From Candidatus Collierbacteria bacterium GW2011_GWB2_45_17 (GTDB lineage: Bacteria > Patescibacteriota > Microgenomatia > UBA1400 > MFAQ01): 64,000 bases of DNA. Below, piece by piece: positions 56,750-64,000 of the stretch. The DNA lies in contig LCKO01000003.1 in NCBI GenBank assembly GCA_001001485.1, positions 223 to 64,222 on the forward strand, read 5' to 3'. The notes beneath the pieces were generated by a model. The model had not been told where the DNA came from. It ran no database searches and saw only the letters and a program-made list of their open reading frames with translations. Position 1 is the stretch's first letter; each line of letters begins with the position of its first letter. Position numbers and translations under genes: made by a program.

Positions 56750-57959
56750 ACCAGACTTCAACTCTTCTCCTTCTACAGTGATGCACATTGATCTCAATTC
56801 TTGCTTTGCCACCATCGAACAGCAAGCCAATCCATTTCTTCGTGATAAGCCCATTGTCGTCGCCGCTTACGACACTCCGAACGGCTGTATCGTCGCTCCT
56901 TCCGTTCAAGCCAAAAAACTAGGTATCAAGGTCGGTATGAGGGTTAAGGATGCTCGTCTTCTCTGTCCTGATTTGATTGTTCTTTCTCCGGACCCAGACA
57001 AATATAGAGCCGTCCATCTCAGTCTAAAAAAAATTCTTTCTACTTACACTCCGACAGTGTCTCCCAAATCTATCGATGAGTTCGTTCTTGATTTTACCGG
57101 TACTCCGGGACTCCAGCGTGGTCTAATGATTATTAGTCAAGAAATAAAAAGTCGTATCAAAAAAGAAGTCGGGGATTATCTGACGGTTTCCATTGGTTTA
57201 GGCCCCAATAGATTTCTGGCCAAAACAGCCAGCAATCTCCATAAGCCGAATGGCTTGGATGAAATTAACAAAGATAACTATCTGGAGATTTACAAGGGTC
57301 TTACACTTACCGATCTCAACGGTATTGCGCATCAGAACGCCATTCGTCTAAATACGGTGGGAATCTATACCGTTTTGGACTTCTTTCGGGCTGATTTGAG
57401 GACTCTTCGCATGGCTTTTCGGTCGGTCTTGGGCTATTACTGGTTTGTCCGGCTTCGTGGTTGGGAAGTGGACGACGTTGAGTGGGGAGTCAAAAGCTTC
57501 GGCCACTCCTACTCTCTTCCCAAATTTCTCACCAAGCCGGAAGATCTTGCTCCCTTACTTTCCAAACTGGTCGAAAAAGTCGGTTTTCGTCTGCGAGGTG
57601 CCGGCTTTCAGGCTAGGGGTGTTCATTTAGGATTACTTTTTAGGGATAATGAGTACTGGCACCGGGGACTAAGTCTCGACCAACCTATTTTCCAGAGTCA
57701 GGATATTTATCGCGTCGCTTATCGTCTTCTTTATCGCTCTCCTTATCACTTACCGGTCCGCAACATGGCAGTCTCGTGTTTTAATCTTTCACCTAAGACC
57801 ATTCTTCAGCTTGGTCTTTTTGAAGATCGTTTAAAAAAAGAGTCGTTAGTCAAAGCCATTGACGACATCAACCATCGTTGGGGAAACTTTGTCATCACTC
57901 CGGCCACCATGGTCAACACCAACGATGTGATCTGCGACCGCATTAGCTTCGGAAGATGA
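56733..57959 (+). CDS. dinB: Y-family DNA polymerase (Pol IV/DinB)
   Basis: MHIDLNSCFATIEQ, AKKLGIKVGM, SIDEF, SIGLGPNRFLAK..KPNG. Confidence 0.93.
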   Translation: MGLPIKPDFNSSPSTVMHIDLNSCFATIEQQANPFLRDKPIVVAAYDTPNGCIVAPSVQAKKLGIKVGMRVKDARLLCPDLIVLSPDPDKYRAVHLSLKKILSTYTPTVSPKSIDEFVLDFTGTPGLQRGLMIISQEIKSRIKKEVGDYLTVSIGLGPNRFLAKTASNLHKPNGLDEINKDNYLEIYKGLTLTDLNGIAHQNAIRLNTVGIYTVLDFFRADLRTLRMAFRSVLGYYWFVRLRGWEVDDVEWGVKSFGHSYSLPKFLTKPEDLAPLLSKLVEKVGFRLRGAGFQARGVHLGLLFRDNEYWHRGLSLDQPIFQSQDIYRVAYRLLYRSPYHLPVRNMAVSCFNLSPKTILQLGLFEDRLKKESLVKAIDDINHRWGNFVITPATMVNTNDVICDRISFGR

Positions 57960-58334
57960 TTAAATTTCGGCCGCCTCAGCTTCGGCTTTCGTTTTGTGTA
58001 TCGTGCCGTCCGGGTGATTAGCCGGGGAGTAGACGGTATAGAGCTTGAGGGAGTCGGTGGTTGAGGTGTTGATGATGTTGTGGTTGGTGCCTGCCGGAAC
58101 AATCAAAGCCTCACCGTTTCCCAGAACACTTTCCTCGCCGTTTAAAACAGATTTGCCATCTCCAGCCTCGAATCTAAAAAATTGATCCACATCGTGGTGG
58201 ACTTCCATGCCGATTTCTTCACCCGGCAGTAGGCTCATGAGAACAAGTTGGGAGTGGGGAGCTGTAAAAAGAACCTTTCTAAAGTTATCATTAGCTAGAG
58301 TTTCTGCCTCGATATTGGTATGAAAACCGATCAT
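57960..58334 (-). CDS. Cupin domain protein
   Basis: QLVLMSL..EIGMEVH..DQFF..VPAGTNHNIIN..LKLYTVYSP. Confidence 0.92.
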   Translation of the reverse strand: MIGFHTNIEAETLANDNFRKVLFTAPHSQLVLMSLLPGEEIGMEVHHDVDQFFRFEAGDGKSVLNGEESVLGNGEALIVPAGTNHNIINTSTTDSLKLYTVYSPANHPDGTIHKTKAEAEAAEI

Positions 58335-58390
58335 AAATTTTACAACTAGTAATACTTCATCTTACACCCGCTGGTATAATTCTTTTGAGC

Positions 58391-61315
58391 ATGCCAAAAG
58401 AAAAACACCAAATTAAAGAGGTTGAGGCCACACCGGACTTTCCCGTCTTGGAAAAACAACTTTTGGATCACTGGTACCAGAGTGGCATAGTCGAAAAGTA
58501 TCTTCATCAAAACGATACCTCCACCAAAAAATTTGCCTTTCTTGATGGCCCAATCACCGCCAATAACCCCATGGGTGTACATCACGCCTGGGGTAGAACC
58601 TACAAAGATCTTTTTCAGAGATATAAAAACATGCGGGGCTTCCGGCAACGCTTCCAAAATGGCTTTGATTGCCAAGGTCTTTGGGTAGAAGTCGAGGTCG
58701 AAAAAGATCTCGGCTTCAAACTAAAAAAAGACATCGAGGTTTACGGTGTCGATAAATTCATCCAGAATTGTAAGGATCGGGTCGTCAAGTTCTCAGAGAT
58801 TCAAACCGAACAAAGCAAGCGTTTGGGTTACTTCATGGACTGGGATCACTCTTATTTCACCATGTCGGACGAGAACAATTACATGATTTGGCATTTTCTA
58901 AAGGTTTGTTGGGAAAAAAGCTGGATTTACAAGGGACACGACTCAGTTCCCTGGTGCCCTCGTTGCGAGACGGCTATCTCACAGCACGAAATGCTCACCG
59001 AAGATTACAAAGAGCTCACCCACAAATCAATTTACTTGGAGCTACCCATCGTGGGCCGTGACCGAGAGTTCCTCTTGGTCTGGACTACGACTCCTTGGAC
59101 TATTCCGGCCAACATTGCTGTCGCCGTGGACGAAAAGCTAGACTATTCTCTGGTCGAAGGCTTGACCGGAGATCATTTTTGGCTTCTCAAAGATTTGGTT
59201 GAAGCCGTTTTTAAGGGAGAGTTTAAAAAAATTGTCAAAACAGTCAAAGGCAAGGAACTGGTTGGTCTTCATTACACCGGTCCTTTTGATAATATATCCT
59301 CCGTCAAAAAAGTGGCTGAGGCAAACCCCGATAAATTCCACGTCATCATACCCACCGACAATCTCATTATGCCTATCAGTAATACCGAGGGTACCGGTCT
59401 GATTCACACGGCCGTTAGCGCCGGTACGGAAGACTTCGCCTTAGGTCTGAAGCATGGTCTCCCCATGATCCCCATTATCGCCGATAATGCCGACTATCTT
59501 CCCGGCCTAGATTATCTCTCCGGTCAAAATGCCAAAAAACATCCCGAAATTATTCTTGATTTTCTGAAAGAAAAAGACCAAGCTGGAGAGAGCTGGGTTT
59601 TTAAGATTGAGAACTTCACCCATCGCTATCCTGCCTGTTGGCGCTGTAAGACCGAATTGGTTTGGAAAGTAGCTGATGAATGGTACATCGCCATGGACAA
59701 GGTTGATCCGGCAGACGCCGGGAAGAGAACCCTTCGCCAAAAAATGATTGAAGTGGCTAAGAAAATTACCTGGAAACCAAACTTTGGTCTGGATCGTGAG
59801 CTTGACTGGCTCAACAACATGCACGACTGGCTCATTAGTAAGAAAAATCGATACTGGGGTTTGGCTTTGCCTATCTGGGTTTGTGATAAGTGTGGTGAAT
59901 TTATTGTGATTGGTAGTAAAGAGGAACTAAAAGAAAAAGCTGATTCCGGCTGGGACTCTTTCGAAGGTCACACCCCTCACAAGCCATTTATTGACGAAGT
60001 TAAAGTTGCTCACCAGTGTGGCGGTACTATGTCCAGAATTTTGGACGTTGGCAATCCTTGGCTGGATGCCGGTATTGTTTCTTTCTCCACACTAAGCTAC
60101 ACCTCGGACAAAAAATACTGGCAGGAATGGTTCCCGGCCGACTTCATTACCGAATCTTTTCCCGGTCAGTTCAAAAACTGGTTCTATTCACTTATTGCCA
60201 TGAGTACCGTTCTCGAAGACACCAATCCTTTTCAATCCGTCCTCGGCTTTGCATCCATGCAAGGAGAAGACGGTCGCCCCATGCACAAATCCTGGGGAAA
60301 TTCGATCGAATTTAACGAAGCAGCGGATAAGATCGGTGTCGATGTCATGCGTTGGGTCTTTACTCGCCACAATCCGGAAAGAAATCTTCTTTTTGGTTAC
60401 AAACTGACTGCCGAAACCAAACGTCAGTTCCACATGCTTCTTTGGAACTCCTATCGCTTTTTCGCCAACTACGCCTCCTTGGAGAACTGGGAGTCAAAAA
60501 TTGAGTTTGAAAAAGTTCCCACCAAACTCGATCTTTGGATCCTCCATCGACTCGATCAAGTTGCCCTTGAAGTATCTAATAATTTGGAAGGCTATGACTC
60601 CTTTTCCGCTTCGGCCCAAATTGAAAGTTTTGTCTCCGATCTATCCACTTGGTACATTCGTCGTTCTCGTGATCGGGTGGGTCCGAGTGCTCTGGATTCT
60701 GAGGATAAAGAGAACTGTTACCGCACTCTTCGAACGGTTTTCGATGTTTTGTCGCGTCTCTTGATGCCTTTTACCCCATTTTTAGCTGACCTGATTTACA
60801 CCAACGTTACCGGTGAAGAATCGGTCAATTTGGCCGACTGGCCGGAGGTAAATACTCCCGAAGTCATCGATACGCAATTAATTGAAAACATGGTTTTGAT
60901 TCGGAAAATATGTGAAATGGGACATGCCATCAGAAAAATAAGAAATATCGCTGTCAAGCAGCCCTTGGCCAAAGTCATTATTTCAGGACCAAAATCAGAC
61001 ATTACCGAAGATGCTGAACTGCTTCAATTAATTAAAGACGAGCTCAATGTGGAAGAAGTCAAATTTAAAGACGCCATCGAGCTGGTAGTAGATCTGGACG
61101 TAGAACTCACTCCCAAGCTAATTGGTAAAGGTAAAATTCGTGAGATTATTCGGTCTATTCAGGAGGCCAGGAAAGTGGCTGCTTGCCGAATGGATGAGTT
61201 TGTCTCCGTCGTTTTACCAGACTGGCCCATCGAGTATGAAAAAGAAATAAAGCAAAAAACTCTGGTAAAAAATATTGAAAAAGGTGAAAAAATAAAGATA
61301 ATTAGGCTTTCCTAA
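58391..61315 (+). CDS. ileS: Isoleucine--tRNA ligase, type II
   Basis: FLDGPITAN-PMGVHH, GFDCQGL, WTTTPWT, GTGLIH, DWLISK, PMHKSWGN, WYIRRSR. Confidence 0.96.
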   Translation: MPKEKHQIKEVEATPDFPVLEKQLLDHWYQSGIVEKYLHQNDTSTKKFAFLDGPITANNPMGVHHAWGRTYKDLFQRYKNMRGFRQRFQNGFDCQGLWVEVEVEKDLGFKLKKDIEVYGVDKFIQNCKDRVVKFSEIQTEQSKRLGYFMDWDHSYFTMSDENNYMIWHFLKVCWEKSWIYKGHDSVPWCPRCETAISQHEMLTEDYKELTHKSIYLELPIVGRDREFLLVWTTTPWTIPANIAVAVDEKLDYSLVEGLTGDHFWLLKDLVEAVFKGEFKKIVKTVKGKELVGLHYTGPFDNISSVKKVAEANPDKFHVIIPTDNLIMPISNTEGTGLIHTAVSAGTEDFALGLKHGLPMIPIIADNADYLPGLDYLSGQNAKKHPEIILDFLKEKDQAGESWVFKIENFTHRYPACWRCKTELVWKVADEWYIAMDKVDPADAGKRTLRQKMIEVAKKITWKPNFGLDRELDWLNNMHDWLISKKNRYWGLALPIWVCDKCGEFIVIGSKEELKEKADSGWDSFEGHTPHKPFIDEVKVAHQCGGTMSRILDVGNPWLDAGIVSFSTLSYTSDKKYWQEWFPADFITESFPGQFKNWFYSLIAMSTVLEDTNPFQSVLGFASMQGEDGRPMHKSWGNSIEFNEAADKIGVDVMRWVFTRHNPERNLLFGYKLTAETKRQFHMLLWNSYRFFANYASLENWESKIEFEKVPTKLDLWILHRLDQVALEVSNNLEGYDSFSASAQIESFVSDLSTWYIRRSRDRVGPSALDSEDKENCYRTLRTVFDVLSRLLMPFTPFLADLIYTNVTGEESVNLADWPEVNTPEVIDTQLIENMVLIRKICEMGHAIRKIRNIAVKQPLAKVIISGPKSDITEDAELLQLIKDELNVEEVKFKDAIELVVDLDVELTPKLIGKGKIREIIRSIQEARKVAACRMDEFVSVVLPDWPIEYEKEIKQKTLVKNIEKGEKIKIIRLS

Positions 61316-62370
61316 TGCGTCAAGGAAAAGGTCTTCTAATTTCTGCTTTGATCCTAATACAGGTTTTAAGTCTGGTTACTATTTGGAGTACTTTTCCGGA
61401 ACTCTTTCTAACCCAGCTATTGTTTGTTATCGTCGGAGCCATCATCATCCTTTTGCTTTCAAAAGCCGATCTTCATTTATTTTTCAGCCTTTCAACCATT
61501 TTTTACATTGTCAGTCTGATTTTGTTGGTCATCACCATGATAGTCGGTCGAAACATCAGAGGTTCGGTTCGCTGGATTGACTTGGGTATTTTTAACCTTC
61601 AATCATCAGAAATTGTCAAACCTCTTCTAGCCATCTTTTACTCTGTTTATTTATCAAAACTAAAAAAAATTGGTTGGAAAGAAATCTTGATTTACCTCTT
61701 TTTGGCTTTAATTCCGGTTGCCTTGATTGCAGCCCAGCCAGATCTCGGATCAGCTCTCACTCTGATCTTTTTGCCGGTTGCTCTCTTGGCTTTTTCTGGG
61801 CAGTTTAAAAAATTACTCATTTTAGGAGTTATTTCCGCCTCAATTATTATTCCCTTAGAGTCAAAAATTCTAAAACCATATCAACGTCAAAGATTGGTAA
61901 CTTTTATCAATCCGTATACGGATCCAAAAGGAGCCGGGTACAATGTCATCCAGGCCACCATTGCTGTCGGTTCGGGGAGGGTTCTAGGAAAAGGAGTCAA
62001 ACTGGGAACTCAATCGCACTTAAATTTCTTGCCCGAGCGTCACACGGACTTTATTTTTGCCTCTTTTGTTGAAGAATTCGGCCTGGTGGGGGCCTTGGTC
62101 TTACTCATCTCTTACGGAATAATCTTTGGTTACTGCTTAAAACTGATCAAACACCTCAAAGACAGAGCTTTTACCCTTCTGTCTTTATCAGTTTTCCTAT
62201 TGCTTCTTTTTCAGTTTGTCGTCAATATCGGCATGAACCTGGGAATTATGCCTGTCACAGGCATTACCTTACCCTTTTTTTCCTATGGTGGCAGCTCTCT
62301 TCTAAGTTTTGCGATTTTGATAGGTTGGCAGCTACGCCAGCTTGATTTAATTACTCCTTTTGAGATATAA
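61315..62370 (+). CDS. rodA: SEDS protein RodA
   Basis: GSVRWID..LQSSE, QPDLGS, GYNVIQA..FLPERHTDFIF, PVTGITLPFFSYGGSS. Confidence 0.88.
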   Translation: MRQGKGLLISALILIQVLSLVTIWSTFPELFLTQLLFVIVGAIIILLLSKADLHLFFSLSTIFYIVSLILLVITMIVGRNIRGSVRWIDLGIFNLQSSEIVKPLLAIFYSVYLSKLKKIGWKEILIYLFLALIPVALIAAQPDLGSALTLIFLPVALLAFSGQFKKLLILGVISASIIIPLESKILKPYQRQRLVTFINPYTDPKGAGYNVIQATIAVGSGRVLGKGVKLGTQSHLNFLPERHTDFIFASFVEEFGLVGALVLLISYGIIFGYCLKLIKHLKDRAFTLLSLSVFLLLLFQFVVNIGMNLGIMPVTGITLPFFSYGGSSLLSFAILIGWQLRQLDLITPFEI

Positions 62371-62378
62371 TTGCGCCC

Positions 62379-62708
62379 ATGTCAGACAAAATCCTCTACG
62401 CCGTCATACAGCTTGGTGCCAAACAATATTTGATAAAAGAAGGCGACAAAATTGTGGCTGAAAAAATCGAACTTAAAGAAGGGGAGAATCTCACCGTCAA
62501 AGAGGTGCTTCTTGGTTACGATGGCGTCGAAACCATCATTGGTCAACCCTTTGTCAAAGATGCCTCGGTTGAGCTCATCAACGAAGGAGTCAAGAAAGGT
62601 GAAAAGATTCTCGTCGCCAAGTTCAAAGCCAAATCACGATACCGAAAAGTCATGGGCCATCGTCAGCTAGGCAGTCATTTCACCGTCAAGTCTATCAAAC
62701 TCTCATAA
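62379..62708 (+). CDS. rplU: 50S ribosomal protein L21
   Basis: YAVIQLGAKQY..GQPFV..KFKAKSRYRKVMGHRQ. Confidence 0.97.
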   Translation: MSDKILYAVIQLGAKQYLIKEGDKIVAEKIELKEGENLTVKEVLLGYDGVETIIGQPFVKDASVELINEGVKKGEKILVAKFKAKSRYRKVMGHRQLGSHFTVKSIKLS

Positions 62709-62709
62709 T

Positions 62710-63765
62710 ATGCGTTTTTTACTTTTCGTCGGTGCCAGCAACACCCTGGCTGAGTCTGAGATAGAGACTCAAATTTCTGGAGCTATACCGCACCAGCCCA
62801 ACGTCTTCCTCCTCGAATCAAAATCCGTCCTTCTTGTTACCGAACTGGTTTCTCGTCTGGGTTGTAGTATAAAACTGGCTCGAGAGCTTGCCGGAGTCTC
62901 CCCGGAGCTTCAATCTATCGCCGATCTCATTCAAGTCAAAAACTTTTCCCTCACCAGCTTAGACGATTTTAAGTCATCTTCTATCCTCAATCAGGAGATC
63001 AAAAATATCAGAGAAAAAGGTCGTTTTATTCTTCCTAAAGATCAGTTTGGCTTGTCTCCGATTTTGATTAAAAAACATCGGATAGATGAATTTTTTATAG
63101 ACCAAAAAGCCGAAACGGTTTGGCAAACCGTCTGGGTTCATGATTTTGAACACTGGATAAAAAAGGATCGTCACCTACCTTTTGCCAACGCCAAAGCTGG
63201 AATCCTCCCACCTAAAATAGCGAGAAGCATGGTCAACTTGGTTCCCGTGGAGCCAAAGGGAAAACTGCTGCTTGATCCTTTTTGTGGCTCAGGCAGGGTT
63301 TTGGTCGAAGCTGCTGAGCTGGGATACACCATCGCCGGAACGGATATTATTCAGAAGCAAGTTGAGGAAACAAAGGCCAATTTGAGCTTTTTGGGCTTTG
63401 ATGCTCAGGTGGAAGTTCTCGACGCCACCCATCTTTCCAATAAATTTCATGATGTAGACGCGATCGTGACCGAGCCGTTCTTAGGCAAACCCAATCTGCG
63501 TCCGGATCAAATCAAGTACTTAGTGCCAGGCCTCGAAAAATTATATCTAGGCTGTTTAAAGGACTGGCTCAGGGTCTTAAACCCGGGTGGGTATATCGTA
63601 ATGGTTTTTCCCGTCTTTGATACCGGTAAACATATCTATAAGACAAGCAGTGTCATTGACGGGAAGTTGGAACTGAGTTACAATCTGCTCAAGCGTGATA
63701 TTCTATATTCACGACCGAATGCCGAGGTTAGACGCGAAATCGTCATCCTCCAAAAAAAACACTAA
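62710..63765 (+). CDS. Trm11/Trm14-like RNA methyltransferase
   Basis: LPPKIARSMVN, LLDPFCGSG, AIVTEPFLG. Confidence 0.75.
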   Translation: MRFLLFVGASNTLAESEIETQISGAIPHQPNVFLLESKSVLLVTELVSRLGCSIKLARELAGVSPELQSIADLIQVKNFSLTSLDDFKSSSILNQEIKNIREKGRFILPKDQFGLSPILIKKHRIDEFFIDQKAETVWQTVWVHDFEHWIKKDRHLPFANAKAGILPPKIARSMVNLVPVEPKGKLLLDPFCGSGRVLVEAAELGYTIAGTDIIQKQVEETKANLSFLGFDAQVEVLDATHLSNKFHDVDAIVTEPFLGKPNLRPDQIKYLVPGLEKLYLGCLKDWLRVLNPGGYIVMVFPVFDTGKHIYKTSSVIDGKLELSYNLLKRDILYSRPNAEVRREIVILQKKH

Positions 63766-63781
63766 ATATACAATCTAAAAT

Positions 63782-64000
63782 ATGGCACACGTTAAATCAG
63801 GTGGAGCTACAAGACAACATTCTCAGCGAGCCGGCAAAAGACTCGGAGTCAAGCTATATGGCGGTCAGGCCATCAAAACAGGTCAGATTATCGTGAGACA
63901 GAGAGGTGCTCAGTTTCATGCCGGAGTGAACACTGAATTGGGTCGTGACTTTACCCTTTTTTCTTTAATTGAAGGTGTCGTTAAATATCGAAAGCTCGAA
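63782..64000 (+). CDS. rpmA: 50S ribosomal protein L27 (partial, runs off the window)
   Basis: Manual translation: [69 protein letters not shown]. Confidence 0.97.
   Translation, partial: MAHVKSGGATRQHSQRAGKRLGVKLYGGQAIKTGQIIVRQRGAQFHAGVNTELGRDFTLFSLIEGVVKYRKLE

Overview
A 64-kb bacterial chromosomal segment, almost all on the + strand. Gene content and style point to Patescibacteria/CPR, probably Microgenomates (inference). About 1-42 kb is a very large surface-glycan locus: DegT aminotransferase, about 12 GT2/GT4 glycosyltransferases, 4 GT-C-type membrane glycosyltransferases, 5 SAM methyltransferases, gmd plus an rmd-like reductase, Wzx flippase, O-antigen ligase/polymerase, priming sugar transferase and DUF4012. 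Accessory genes interrupt it: RhuM, AAA+DUF4143 ATPase, a thermonuclease plus a truncated paralogue, an AbiE toxin-antitoxin pair and a Fic protein. After it come recO, a REP-associated tyrosine transposase (RAYT), a reduced dcw cluster (mraZ-rsmH-ftsL-ftsI-dgkA-mraY-ftsW-murG-ftsQ-ftsA-ftsZ, no Mur ligases), orphan genes, a probable LexA-controlled dinB operon, a type II ileS with a GVHH signature, rodA and rplU-methyltransferase-rpmA. The strongest unexplained signal is several families of short palindromic elements. They sit at the borders of accessory genes, coincide with the break in a nuclease gene, and are read in frame inside three proteins, including the RAYT itself. No tRNA, rRNA or CRISPR array was seen. 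All calls come from reading motifs by eye, with no database searches.
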